From: the human T2T-CHM13v2.0 reference genome, Homo sapiens
Length of the DNA stretch: 64,000 bases
NCBI RefSeq assembly: GCF_009914755.1
Contig: NC_060929.1
Direction: 5' to 3' (one strand)
Translations under genes and position numbers: made by a program
Shown: positions 17,881 through 33,940 of the stretch, in pieces
Layout of the letters: each line of letters begins with the position of its first letter
Position numbering within the stretch: the first letter of the stretch is position 1
Notes under the pieces: model-generated
What the model was told of the DNA's origin: nothing
Database searches by the model: none
Seen by the model: the letters and a program-made list of their open reading frames with translations, nothing else

Positions 17881-18894
17881 CTGGATTCTGTTTCTAAATG
17901 ACAACTCTTTTTGTCAGTATTATTACTGTTTTTTTTGTTTGTTTGTTTTTTGTTTTTTTTTCACTAAACTGATTTTGCCACTACTGTGAGTTTTTGGACT
18001 TTCTAATGTCTTGTTTCTCCGGGCTGCTGGAGATTTGCCTATGGCTGAAAAGTTCTCCTATGAATGTTAATGTTATTTCATGTATCCAATGACCTGCTCT
18101 TCTAGTATTGCTTCTGGCAACCGTTTGAAGGAAAAAATGACCAAAAATCATTACCCAAACTTATTAATCTAGGGAGATGGAGGAAACCCAGCATAGAGCC
18201 AGGCTTTAGGGAAAATAAAGCCCTGGAATTTCTCCAAAAGAACATACACCACTTCCATCCACATCCCAGGCGCCCTCAGTATCCAGGCACAGGCCTCCAT
18301 TCAAATGCAAGGTAGTCTGGGAAATGTAATCTTCCTCTGCTGGAAAAGGAAAATGGCACTGTATACTTACTCTACCACACTTACTTATCAGGTCATTCAT
18401 TGAGAATAATGACGTTGCTTTACAGGTCAAAAAGAATAAGAAACTAGATAAGAAACTAGAAACAGAAGCAGTCATGTCTCAACTTCAGTACTGAACTTAG
18501 TCTCATCTTTTGTTGTTGTTGTTCCAAATATTATGAAAATCCCAGGTCGCAAAGAATAGCAGTACTTAAAAGGCTAGCAGTACTTAAAAGCTTGCTTTAC
18601 AATGTCAGGATCCTCTTTAATCACACAGAGATAGGAGGAGAAACTTTAGTGTCAAGCATCTACCCAGCCTAGTTAGAGGTATAGGAAACTGTGCTAGCCA
18701 TCTCCAAAATGTTAATATTTAGCATGCAACGTATCTGAAGATTCACACTGCATTAATTATGGTGCTTACTTGAATGTTATTTCAAATATGAAATTCAAGT
18801 AAAATGTCTGTGGAGGCCTCTGCTTTGGAGATCCGCGCACCAAGTGACCTTTGAGCTTTACAGTCCATACCCCTAAGTGGACTCCTGTTGTATG

Positions 18895-18952
18895 TCCCTG
18901 GGGAAGATGTTTCCCTAATTAGGCGTGAGTTAAAGATGGCTTGTCTAATTCA
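18895..18952. promoter_or_regulatory. Candidate EBF (O/E) plus homeodomain motif cluster
   Basis: TCCCTGGGGA 18895-18904, CTAATTAG 18915-18922, CTAATTCA 18945-18952 in non-repeat DNA. Confidence 0.35.
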
Positions 18953-19420
18953 TAGGACTTTACCAGACCAAAAAAAAAAAAAAAAAGATAGATTCTGTAC
19001 TGAGCCAAAGACATATGTGACTAGGTTGACTGCCTACAATTTTAAAAGCTGCTGTTTCTATAGGTCAAACATAGCTGAGTATCTGTGATTTTTAGTATAA
19101 TATAAGCTAATATATTAAAACCGATAACCCATAGCCCTTTCCTAGACATGTTTAGGAAGAAAACAGACATGTTTTGTTTTAAAACATTTACAAATTGAGC
19201 TACTTCACCTGCAGACAAACAAACTTCTATTCTCTTTTTAAAAAAATAGTTCCTGGAAAAAAATAGGAGAAAATCTTTGTGACCTTGGGTTTGGCAAAGA
19301 TTTTACAGATATGATACCAAAAGTGTGATCCATAAAATTATGAAAATTTAACAAGCTGGAATTCATCAAAATTAATTACTTCTGCTCATCAAAACATATT
19401 GTTAAGAGAATGAATATGTA

Positions 19421-19655
19421 GACTGAATAAGTTCCAGGGTTCTATACCACTGTAGGATGACTATAGTTAATAATACATAGCTTTGAATAGCTAGAAGTAT
19501 ACTGAATGTTCCCAACACAAAGATATGATAAATGTTTAAGATGAGGGATATGCTAATTACCCTGATCTGATCATTATACATGATATGTATCGAAGCATCA
19601 CTGTGTACTCTATGAATATATACAATTATTATTTGCCAAATATTATAACAAAAAC
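19421..19655 (+). mobile_element. L1MA 3' end
   Basis: tgaatgttcccaacacaaagatatgataaatgtttaagatgagggatatgctaattaccctgatctgatcatt. Confidence 0.8.
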
Positions 19656-19840
19656 GAGAATAAAAACATAATCCACAGACTGTTAGAAAATATTTGCAAA
19701 CCACATATTTAACAGAGAAGATGTGTATAGAACATATAAAGAACTATCAAAACTCAATAATAAAAGTGTTTAAAAAACCCACCGTAGATCAATATCCCTC
19801 ATGAACAAAGATGTGAACATCCTTAAGAAAATACTAGCAG

Positions 19841-20165
19841 GGCCGGGCACGGTGGCTCATGCTTGAAATCCCAGCACTTTCGGAGGCCGAGGTGGGGGCG
19901 GATCACCTGAGGTCAGGAGTTCAAGACCAGTCTGGCCAAAATGGTGCAACCCCATCTCTACTAAAAATACAAAAAAAAAAAAAAAACTTGGCCCGGCACG
20001 GTGGCACATGCCTGTAATCCCAGCTACTCAGGAGGCTGAGGCAGGAGAATCACTTGAACCCAGGAGGCGGAGGTTGCAGTGAACCGAGATGGTGCCATTG
20101 CACTCCTAGGCCTGGGCAACAAGAGTGAAACTCCATCTCAAAAAACAAAAAGAAAAGAAAAGAAA
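19841..20165 (+). mobile_element. Alu
   Basis: TSD aagaaaatactagca. Confidence 0.95.
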
Positions 20166-20402
20166 ATACTAGCAAACTAAACCCAGCAATGTGTAAAAAT
20201 GCAAGATCAAGTAGTTTATCCCTATAAGACTGGTTCAATATTTCAAAATTAATCAGTATAATCCACCATATAACAATCTAAAGAAAAAATATGATCATAT
20301 CAAGTGATACAGAAAAATCATTTGACAAAATTCATCATCATATATGGTACAAACTTTTGGCAAACTGTGAATAATTTATCCCCAACTGATAAAGGATACC
20401 TA

Positions 20403-20405
<3 letters not shown>

Positions 20406-20441
<36 letters not shown>
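20406..20441. repeat. Pure poly(A) tract, 36 nt
   Basis: Direct read. Confidence 0.95.
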
Positions 20442-20444
<3 letters not shown>

Positions 20445-20452
20445 GTAGCTAA

Positions 20453-21000
<548 letters not shown>

Positions 21001-21681
21001 AGATTAACATTCTTAAATGGTGAAAGACAAATGCTTTTCCCCTGAGACCAGGGAATAAGGTAAAGACATCTACTCCCACCACTACTATAAAACAAATTCC
21101 AATCAAAATCCTGGCAGAGTATTTTGTAGCTACAGACCAACCAACTCTAAAATTTGTACAGAGAGGAAAAGAAACTAGGTAGCTAAAATAATTGACATAG
21201 AAAGGCAAAGGACCTAGAATACCTAAAAGAATTTTTGAAGAGAGAAACAAACACGTACGAATTATACTACCAGATTTTAAGGCTTACTATAAAGTTACAG
21301 TAATCAAGATACTGTGGTATTAGTGAAAGGATAGAAAAATAGATTAATGGAATAGAATATGAAGATCAGAAATAAGTTCATAAAAACATGGCTATTTTTT
21401 GACAAAAAGTAAAAAAGCAATTCAGTACATTGCTTTTAATAACTGCTATTGAAACAATTAAACAAAAATGCTCTTCAGTATAAATTTCACATCTTATAAA
21501 AAATTTAACTCAAAATGGATCATAGATCTAAGTATAAAACAAAATTATAGAATTTCAGAAAAAAATGAGAAAATATTTATGACATACAATTTAGTCATGA
21601 CACCAAAGAACAATGCATAAGAAACTGAGCATCATTAAAAGTTTTTTCTCAGCCTGACACACAGCTGAGATTCCTTAAAAA

Positions 21682-21682
21682 T

Positions 21683-21725
<43 letters not shown>

Positions 21726-22042
21726 GCGAAAGTCTCACCCTGTCACCCAGGCTGGAGTGCAGTGGCACAATCCCGGCTCACTGCAACCTCTACCTCCTGG
21801 GCTCAAGTCCTGGCTCACTGCAACCTCCACTTCCTGGGCTCAAGTGATTCTCCTGCCTCAGCCTCCTGAGTAGCTGGGATTACAGGTGTGCACTACCATG
21901 CCCAGCTAATTTTTGTATTTTTAGTAGAGAAGGGATTTCACAATATTGGCCAGGCTGGTCTTGAACTCCTGACTGAAAATGATCCGCCCACCTAGGCCTC
22001 CCGAAGTGCTGGGATTACAGGAGGGAGCCGCTGCACCCAGCC
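21682..22042 (-). mobile_element. Alu with (TTTA)n tail and internal duplication
   Basis: ggctcactgcaacctc..cctgggctcaagt present twice. Confidence 0.95.
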
Positions 22043-22699
22043 TCATTAAAAATTTAAAAAGACATTGTTAAGTGAATGAAAAGACAAGATACAGACTAGG
22101 AGAAAATATATGGAAATTTTGTATCTGGCAAAGAACTTTTATGCAAAATATATCAAGAACTCTTGCAACTCAATAATTTTAAAATGGGTGCAATATTTGA
22201 ATAGACATTTTACCAAAGAAGATATATAAATGGTTAGTAGGTACATGAAAAGATGCTCAACATCATTAGTTATTATGGAAATGCAAATTTAAAAAGACAA
22301 TGAGATACCACTTCACATCCACGAGTATGGCTATAATCAAAAAGACAAACAATAACAAGTACTGGTGACTATGTGGAGAAATGGAAACCTCATATCTTGC
22401 TGGTGGGAATGGGAAATAGTAGTGAAATAGTATTGAGACGGGAATCTCACTTAGACCACTTAGATCCCACCATGGAGCCACCGAGCTCCCAAAAATGAGT
22501 CTCCCTTGATCTCACCCCATCCAATCTGCTGTCAGCTTCCCACCGGCCCAGAGATCTGCTACTGTAGGAAAATCAGAGGCATATGTCCAACTTAAAGCCT
22601 TCAGGCAAAACTAGGGGAAGATATTCCAAACTGTGCATCTTCAGCTCAGACCTCTTCCCCCCATTGTCATCTATGCAACGGCCTACTCAGCAATCCAGT

Positions 22700-22726
22700 C
22701 TCTTAACATTCCAAACTGAAATCTGA

Positions 22727-22767
<41 letters not shown>

Positions 22768-23270
22768 TTACCCCATCAGGTTGATGGCACCACCATCAAC
22801 CTAGGTACTCAAGCCACAGTCCTGCAAACTGTCATTCTTCAGATGACTTTCCCTCAACCTTCCCATCCTCCAACAATTCCAACAGCAAACTGATAATTCT
22901 CCCTCTAAAATATATCAGCAATCATCCACTCCTCTCCATCCCACAGCCTCCATCATCACCATCACCTCTGGCCAGCGTGACTGCAGTAGACTCCTTATTG
23001 GTCTCCCTGCTTCCATTCTTGCCCCCTTCAATCCTTCTCTCCAGACACAGCAGCCCCAGTAAGTTTATTAAAACACACATAAGATCACATCACACCCCTT
23101 CTTAAAGCCTTTCATTAGCTTCCCATCTCATTTAGAATGAAATGAAAAGCCCACACCTTGGTTTACTAGCCCAAACTTGACAGAGCTGCATACGGCCTCT
23201 CTGAGCTCACCCCCTTCCACTCCTCCCACTCCACTCAAGCCACACTGGACTCCTTGCTGCCACTTGCACT
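22700..23270 (+). mobile_element. L2 fragment
   Basis: ggtctccctgcttccattcttgcccccttcaatcc...acacagcagcc...gatcacatcacaccccttcttaaagcc. Confidence 0.8.
22730..22764. repeat. (CA)n microsatellite
   Basis: Direct read. Confidence 0.95.
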
Positions 23271-23277
23271 CTCACGC

Positions 23278-24097
23278 TGTGGCATGCTGTGCTTTCCAAA
23301 CACAGTCATGTCACCTCCCATCCCTTACGTTCTTATATATTTTTTCTTAACAGTCTTGCTCTGTTGCCCAGGCTGGAGTGCAGTGGCACAATCATGGCTC
23401 ACTACAGCCTCATCCTCTCAGGCTCAAGTAGTCCTCCCACCTCAACCTCCCACATAGCTGGGACCACAGGCGTGCACCACCACACCTGGCTAATTTTTTC
23501 ATTTTTTGTAGAGATGAGGTCTCTCTATGTTGGCCAGGCTGGTCTCAAACTCCTGGACTCAAGTGATCCTCCCACCTCAGCCTCCCAAAGTTCTGGGATT
23601 ACTACCATGCTCAGCTCTTATGTTCTTCTTAACAATGTGTCTTGGACATGTTTCCTATTGATGGGTGGGGGTCTCTGTTCCCACCCTATGAATCCTGAGA
23701 GACCTTGTGACTACAGTGGCAGTGATCGGAAAAGGTGATGCAGCTTCCACCCTGCTGCCTGGACACTCCTACTGTGGCCCAGAACAGCTTGTGGATGATC
23801 CAGTGGCCTTGAGCAGTCACACTATGAAGAAGCCTTCACTACTCATGCAGACCAACCACACAGCGAGGCCCTGAGCTGACATGAAGAGGCAGACAGGCTC
23901 AGCCAGCTCCCCTCTGGCCTGCCCCTCCACTGTTCCAGGTGTAGCCACTGTCTGAATGAAAGCATAAGAGAAATCCACCCAGCCAAGCCCTTCCAAAATG
24001 CCTCACAGGGGAATCATAAGACCATACGTTGATTGTGGTTGTTATAAGCCCCTAAATTTCAGTATGATTTGCTACATAGCAATAGATAGCCAGACCA
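23278..24097 (+). mobile_element. MLT1-type MaLR LTR containing an AluJ
   Basis: 3' end ttgttataagcccctaaatttcagtatgatttgctacatagcaatagatagccagacca. Confidence 0.8.
23340..23615 (-). mobile_element. AluJ
   Basis: Antisense AluJ; TSD cttacgttctt/cttatgttctt. Confidence 0.9.
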
Positions 24098-24237
24098 TTT
24101 ACCATGAGTGTGCTTTCTTCAGGATGCAGACCCAGATCTTATATAGGTTTTAATTTTAAAGAATATCCTCTTAACTAGGATCTGGTGGAGGGTGCCCCCG
24201 AATACAGGCTTTGGAGTCAGAAAGGCCTCAGCTTAAA

Positions 24238-24372
24238 TTAGTGGCTCTTAACTCTTTGAGAATCACAGACCCCTTTGAGAATCTGTCCAAAGTTTTAGGA
24301 CTTTTACTCTGAGAAACAGACAAAAGTGCAAATATAAAACATTTTTCAGATTACCTCAAGGAGTGCATGGAC
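24238..24372. mobile_element. hAT-Charlie-type DNA transposon relic
   Basis: agtggctcttaactc...cacagacccctttgagaatctg. Confidence 0.55.
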
Positions 24373-24494
24373 ACGCTTTGGTACCTTTCTTGAGCTTCCT
24401 GGATGTGTGTCTTTGGATGAGTCGTCTCATCTCTCTGAGCTGTCCGCACTTCCCCCTCCCTATTTGTAGCAAGCTGGGAAACAGACTCAGGAGG

Positions 24495-24660
24495 GCTGGG
24501 TCCCAGGCTGGCCTCTCCCTCATCCCAGCCTGTGTGACTCTCAGACACTTATTTCCCTTGAGCCTTAGTTGCCTGCTACCCCTCGACCCCCAGGAAAATG
24601 GGTTTATTGCTCATTTAATGGAGTAACTCAAATGAGATAGGGAAAGTCCTTAGGAAACTC
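24495..24660 (+). mobile_element. MIR fragment
   Basis: tgtgtgactctcagacacttatttcccttgagccttagtt. Confidence 0.55.
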
Positions 24661-25050
24661 AAAAGCCCTTAGGAGAACAAAAAGCCTGCTGCAAGGTGTT
24701 TTACTTTTTCCATTTCAGCTACAAAAAGCGTTCTGCAGATTCATGCCTAAGGAGCTCAAGAATAACGTGGGTCAAATCCCATTACACCAAATCCTATGAC
24801 AGTGCTCCTTTCCCCTGTAGAAGGCTGCTCTCACCTGTGGATCAAAGCTTCCCAAGGAGTCCTGGCTGACTTGCCTTTGTCCCCAGCCACCCTAGCACAG
24901 AGCGTGGCACTGCAGGAGCTCTGCTGCCAAAAACTCCTTTCACCTGCAGTCAAGAACTACATGTGAAGAACTGCAGTTGAGAACTGCACTGTTTGGTCCA
25001 CATGTTTTTTTTTTCAATTAGATGCCAACATTTAAAAATTGGGACAATGG

Positions 25051-25340
25051 GGCCAGGCGCGGTGGCTCACGCCTGTAATCCCAGCACTTTGGGAGGTCAA
25101 GGCAGATGGGTCACCTGAGGTCAGGAGCTCAAGACTAGCCTGGCCAACATGGCAAAACCCCATCTCTACTAAAAATACAAAAATTAGCCAAGCTTGGTGG
25201 TGCGCACCTGTGATTCCAGCTACTCTGGAGCCTGACGCAGGAGAATTGCTTGAACCCAGGAGGCGGAGGCTGCAGTGAGATGAGATCACATACTGCACTC
25301 CAGTCTGGGTGACACGCGAGACCCTGCTGAAAAAAAAAAA
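25051..25340 (+). mobile_element. Alu (AluS)
   Basis: TSD aaaattgggac. Confidence 0.95.
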
Positions 25341-25619
25341 ATTGGGACGGTTAACATACAAATACTAACAGAAACTCTAGCTTCCCACAGGAAGAGGAGT
25401 TACTATTGGAGTAGTCAAAACGATACCAGATCACTCAATAGTATCTACTATGCAGAATGTATATAGGAACCTAATACTGTATTTGGCACAGTCTTAAATA
25501 TTGTATTCTCTTCTCTCATCCCTCTCCAAATCTGCTAAGCTGAGGTCAAGGCCCTCCCATGAATTCTGTCTAAACAGACTCCAGCCCCCTATGAACATCT
25601 TGCGTTGAAAGAAGGAAGC

Positions 25620-26070
25620 TCATGACTGTAATCCCAGCCCTTTTGGAGGCAGAGGTGGGCAGATCACCTGACCAGCTGGGCAACATGGTGAAACTCCACC
25701 TCTACAAAAAATGCAAAAAGTTAGCTGGGCATGGTTGGTGCACGCCTGTAATCCCAGCTACTCAGGAGGCTGAGGTGGGAGGATGGCGTCAGCCCAGGAG
25801 ACTGCACTGAGCCAAGACTGCACCTCTGCACTCCAGCATGGGCCAAAGAGCAAGACCCTGTCTCAAAACAACAATAACAACAACAAAGCAGGCTGGTGGC
25901 TGACATCTGTAATCCTAGCACTTCGGGAGGCTGAGGCAGGAGGATCGCTTGAGTTGGGGAGGTTGAGGCTGCAGTGAGCTATAAGCTATGATTGTGCCAC
26001 TACACTCCAGCCTAGGTGACAGACTGAGCCCGTCTCAAAACAAACAAACAAACAACAACAACAAAAAAAA
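25620..26070 (+). mobile_element. AluJ followed by an Alu monomer
   Basis: Two consecutive sense Alu bodies with CAA-rich tails. Confidence 0.85.
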
Positions 26071-26119
26071 CCCACCACACACACAAGACAAAGCACAGGG
26101 TGCTTCAGTAAGCCATCCC

Positions 26120-26252
26120 CATGGCCCTGAGCCTCAAATTCTGCACCTGTGAAATGGAATTAATAGTACCTACCTTATGTGAGAATGAAACAGGCTGATG
26201 CATGTGAAATGGGTTCTGAGCATACAGTAGGCACTTAATAAATGGCACTATT
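26120..26252 (+). mobile_element. MIR 3' half
   Basis: cacctgtgaaatggaattaatagtacctacct...acagtaggcacttaataaatgg. Confidence 0.8.
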
Positions 26253-26787
26253 CTGTGCCATTCCACACTTTAAAAAACTCAGTCTGAAAATAATCTCACT
26301 ATAAAAGAAATTCTCCAAGAACCTTTCAAAGCCTCCCCCATGGCCAGGAAAAGACCACATCCCCTTCTTCCCAGGAAACACCTGTGCCTCAGGTATCAGC
26401 CACCAGTGCCCCCACCTGCCACTCTGCACACCACGTTAGCCCCCTCCACCTTGTTTCTCAGAGATCTGAGGATCTGCACATTCACCTCCCACCACCTCCC
26501 TCCCCACCCACCAGTCATCTGTGCTGCCCACCCTGGCAAGCTGTCTCCCTAACACCTCACCTACTCACGGCTTCATGAATTTATTTCCCCACCTTTTTCA
26601 CCCAGAAGTGGGAGAAGCAGGGATAATCACAAACCAGGAGATGGGTGGAGAGGGGTGGAGAGCTGGTGTAGCCCCACCTCAGTGTGCTCTGCCCACAGCT
26701 TCCACCAGGCTACCCTCTAACCTTCTGGTGCTCCTCCCTCCCCTCACCCCGTCCTCTCTGCCACTGGGTGCCAGTAACTCCCCACTA

Positions 26788-27172
<385 letters not shown>

Positions 27173-27454
27173 ATTGCCTTATCTTCTGAATAAGGCGCAG
27201 TCAGAAGACCAATCACAGAGATCCCTGAATCTCCCCAGGTGCCCCAGCTCAGTGACGCTGTCACCCTGGAAATATCACTCTCAAAGCCCACCAAAAAATA
27301 AAATAAAATAAAAATTAAAAATGAAAACAGTAATACCAACCCTTACACCATATGGCTCTGTTTTCCCTGCTGGGAACTACAGCACGTCACACAGTCTGTA
27401 CAATCTGTACAGCCGGGAACTACCAAGGTCACACAGTCTGTACAGGCGGAGCCA

Positions 27455-27600
27455 GGATCAAGCCCATATCCCCACTACAATGGCGGTCTGTGTGACCTGG
27501 GAAAAGTCTCTTAACCTCTCTGAGGCTCTGTCCCCTTATCTGTAAAATGGGGATATAGCATCCACCTTGCAGGCTTGCTTTGAAAAGCAGAGGAGTGACA
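27455..27600 (+). mobile_element. MIR
   Basis: ctgtgtgacctgggaaaagtctcttaacctctctgaggctctgtccccttatctgtaaaatgggga. Confidence 0.85.
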
Positions 27601-28915
27601 GAACAATGGGAACACACTTTGTCAAGCTGTTGGTTGTTGTTACAGAGGAAGGGTTTCTTCTAATGTGGGGTTTGAAAGAAAAATATTAAAAGTCAGTGGA
27701 CACTTCTGCTTCTAGCAGATGGAGTAAAAGGAAACGGATTTACCCTCCCACTTGGCACAACCAAAATCCTGAAAAAATACAGGAAACAACAGCTCTCAGG
27801 CCAGTGGGCACGAGGCAATAAAAGCTAATGATCCCTGTGGCAGCCCTGTGACTGCCCGGCACACCACCTCAAGCAAGTGCCTAGGCATAGGGAGAGGAAA
27901 CGAGGAGGAGGGCAAGCTCCCTGAACTGAGGAGGCCAAGGCAGTGGGTGTTCACAAGACAGAGTAACAGGCAACAGAAAGCAGGAAAGGAGAAAACTCCA
28001 GACTTCTGTGGAGGGTCTGTTTGAGTACTGATCAGTGCAAGCGTTGTCAGGAAACTACCAGAGATCAGAGAAGGAATGATCGGAAAGGACTAGTGAGAAC
28101 AGCACCTGGGTTCACAGAGGGCTGAGAAGGGCACCTGTTTCTAACAGCCGGACTAGAAACCTAATAATTCAGGGACACTGGTGGTAGAAGCAAAAAGCTC
28201 TTGCCTCAGTGATAGGGAATAATTAGCCCTAGGAAAAAAAATGTTGCTCTGTTCTGACCTAACAAATCTTGACAGCCAGACCTGAAAGGATCAAGCTTCT
28301 TCTAAGCAGCTTAACTACATCCCAGAACAAAGCTAAAGAATATTTATAGGAGTAATAAAATACCCAGCAACACAAGGTAAAATCCACAGTATCTAGCATC
28401 CGGTTGAACTAACAGCACACAAAACGACAAGAAAAGACCCACAATGAGGGGGAAATCAGTCACCTTAAACTGATCCAGAAATGGCACAGATGTTAGAATT
28501 AGCAGACAAGAACATCAAAAACAGTTACTATAACTGTAGTCCATATGTTCAAAAAGTTAAGAAGAGACAGAGATAATATTTTTATTTTTTCTTTTTTTCA
28601 GCTCTAACTCCAATGGATGATATTTTTTAAAGACCCAAATCATACTTCTAAAGATGAAAAATATAATCACTAAGGTGAAAAAACAGTGGATGAGATGAAT
28701 GGCAAATTAGACATTGCAGAAGGAAAGATCAGTGAACTTGAAGACAGCGATATATATTATCCAAAATAAAACAGAGAACAAAATAATTTTCAAAAACAGT
28801 TATCAGTGAGCTGTGTGACAGCATCAGACAGCCTAATATATGTGCAAATGGAAAGAGGGAGCAAGGGGTACAGAAAAATAGTAATTGTTCAGATTTTTAT
28901 GAAACATACAAATTC

Positions 28916-29210
<295 letters not shown>

Positions 29211-29690
29211 GAAACTTACAAATTCACAGATATAGGAAGATCAAGAAACCCAAGCACAAGTAATGAAGTTTCCTTACTAAAAGAAGCCACCTAATAATAA
29301 GAGAGTGCAAAATCAGTGAGAAAACACAAGTAACCAGAGAGAAAAAAGGCACTGCATATAAAGAAACAAGGACACGGATGACAACAGATTGGTCATCAGA
29401 AACCATGCAAGTGATATACAGGAGAGCAATAGCTTTAAAGTACTGAAAGAAAAAGAAACTGTCAGTGTACAATTCTAAATCCAGTATAAAACAAATCCAA
29501 AGTGAAACAGACTGTCAGAAAAAGAAATGCTGAAAGAATTTACTACCAGCAGACCCGCACTAAAAGAAATGTTAAAGGAAGTCTTTCAGGTAGAAGAAAA
29601 ATGACCCTATATGAAAATGCACATCTATACAAAGGAATGAAGAACACCAGAATCGATAACTGCACAGATGAATATATGACTGTTTTCTTA

Positions 29691-30012
<322 letters not shown>

Positions 30013-30450
30013 AACTGCAAAAGACAGATGAATGTAAACAAAAATAATAATAATGCCATATAGTGTTTGTAACATGAATAAGATGATACAGCTTAAAGTC
30101 TGAGAGAGAAGAAATAGAAATATAACACAGTAAGGTTCTTATACAGGAGATGGTATAACATCACTTGCAGATAGACCGATAAGCTGAAGAAGTATATAAT
30201 AAACCCTAAGGCAACCACTAAAAGAACAAGAGAAATAGTTATAGCTAATAAGTCAACAAAGGAGATCAAATGAAAACATTAAAAATATTCAATTAATCCA
30301 AAGGAAGTTAGACCAAGAGAAAACATAGAACAACTAACAGATGGAGCCAATAGACAACACGTTGCAGGGTTTGTAGACTCAATCTTAACTATATGAATAA
30401 TCACATCAAATGTAAATAGTCTGAATATCCTAATTAAAAAACAGAGATTG

Positions 30451-30750
<300 letters not shown>

Positions 30751-31019
30751 AAGCAGAGATTGATTTTAAGATTTGATTTAAAAAAGTAAGACCCAATTTT
30801 ATATTCCCTACAATAAATGCACTTCAAATATACCTATCAAAATCAAACAGTGGAAAAAGATATACCATGCTAACACTCATCAAAAAGAGTGGCTATTGTA
30901 ATATCAGACAATGTAAACTTTAGAGCAAGAAATATTACCAGGGATAAATAAGGTCATCTGATGATGATAAAGGGGTCAATTAATCAAGAGAATGTAACAA
31001 TCCCACATATTTACACATC

Positions 31020-31464
31020 TGTGAAAGTTGATCATACAAATTGGGTTATTCTTGTCATACCCAACTAAAACAGAGTCAAGAGGCCAGAGAAATAAAAGCA
31101 ATCAGGGCACATAACATTGCTCCAAGAATGAATTCTCTGCAAGCCTAGCTGTTGTAAACTGAAGCCAGTTTATCTAATTAGCTGTTAAAATAACCTGGTA
31201 CAACTCTAAAACTAGTTTGACCCACCGCCATCACTCACCAATCAGAACTTGCCAGCTCCCCGGAACCTTACCAGTGACAATGTACTTTCTTGCAAAACAA
31301 TATGTAACATTTCTCTTTTTCATAACACCTCTAACCTTCTCTTTGTTCTTCAGACATACCAAAACCCACCTGGTCTGTGTGTATGCCCCAACTGCAATTC
31401 TTGCTTCCAAAATAAAACATTTTAAATTTAGAGATTCATCTCTTTATTTTATCTGACTTCAACA
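31020..31464 (+). mobile_element. Solo LTR (LTR47-like)
   Basis: tgtgaaagttgatcatacaaattggg...aataaa...ttcaaca; TSD catc; L1 resumes after it. Confidence 0.75.
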
Positions 31465-31724
31465 CATCTAATAACAGAGCTTCAAAATATATGAAGAAAA
31501 ATCTAATAGAACAGCACAGAGGAATAGACACATTTATAATTATAACAAGATTTCAATCTCCCTCTCCCAATCTTCCAGAGATTTCATTGTCTTCCAGATA
31601 ATGAGTAGGATATAGTATACTTGAACAGCATTATCAAACAACTTAACCTGACATTTATAGAATACTCCACCCCAACACAACAGAATACACATTCTTTCCA
31701 ACTGCATAAGAAACTTTTACCAAA

Positions 31725-32048
31725 ATATCCATGAGTATGAACTCATGGATATTTACTGTATACTCTGGGTTATAATCCAATACTACTCTCTTTATTCTGC
31801 TGCTCCAGTTGTTCCAGCTTTGACCATTGGGAGCTCTTTCAGTTGGCTCCTGTCATGTAACCCCATCAAATACGGTTTTCCTTCTTCAGTACTTCCTTAC
31901 TTTCTGGTGCTACAAGATGTTCCAGGCTCATCTTGTGTATTTCCTGCCTCAGTCCTAAAATCAGCCACTTCAAGGAGCTCTAGATTGTTTTACTGAAGAA
32001 TGGTTTTAAAAACCAAGATCTGGGTACTAGGTATGCTAACTGCTATTG
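31725..32048 (-). mobile_element. L1MD-like 3' UTR fragment, inverted
   Basis: ttgttccagctttgaccattgggagctctttcagttggctcctgt...caagatgttccaggctcatcttg. Confidence 0.75.
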
Positions 32049-32153
32049 AAGCAAACAATTTTGAGAAAGGTGCAAAGGTAATTCAGTGGAGAAAGCAATC
32101 TTTTCAACAAATTGTGCTAAAACAACTGGATATCCATATGCAAAAAAAAATGA

Positions 32154-32430
<277 letters not shown>

Positions 32431-32461
32431 GCTGAGCCAATTTCCATCAGGTCATCTTTTA

Positions 32462-32998
<537 letters not shown>

Positions 32999-33098
32999 CT
33001 ACTAATGGTCAAAACTGGAACAATTCAAGCAATAAACAGAGTAGTATGAGGGGCTTTAAAAAGTTCATGGAAAAAACGCAATTGAAAGATAAAAATTA

Positions 33099-33410
<312 letters not shown>

Positions 33411-33680
33411 TTAAAAATACAAACTTTATTTCTTAACAGACGCTCCATCAAGTTCAAGACACTTTTATAAGTGATGATGCCAGCCATTTAGTCCATCCCT
33501 AAAGAACTGAGGGTCCTGGGAATTCAACTGTGATAACGTAGCATTTTTTACATTATTAATGGAAGAAAAAATGGGTGCCCTTTAAAGATTTTTGTAAGAT
33601 TAGAAAACAAAAAAAATAGAAGGAGCCAAATGAGAACTGTAAGGTGAATGCCTAATGATTTCCAATAGAAACATTTGCAA

Positions 33681-33940
33681 GGCCAGGTGCAGTGGCTCAT
33701 GCCTGTGATCCCAGCACTGTGGGAGGCTGAGGTGGATGGATGACCTGAGGTCGGGAGTTCAAGACTAGCCTGACTAACATGGAGAAACCCTGACTCTACC
33801 ACAAATACAAAATTAGCCGAGCATGGTGGCACATGTCTGTAATCCCAGCTACTCAGAAGGCTGAGGCAGAAGAATTACTTGAACCTGGGAGTCGGAGGTT
33901 GTGGTGAGCCAAGAGTGCGCCATTGCACAAGAGCGAAACT
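33681..33940 (+). mobile_element. Alu (AluSp-like) in HSMAR2, tail lost
   Basis: Sense Alu ending aagagcgaaact with no poly-A. Confidence 0.9.

Noticed and set aside
18557-18590. Direct repeat tagcagtacttaaaag x2 (similar case at 27386-27444)
   Set aside because: Ordinary microduplication with no functional clue
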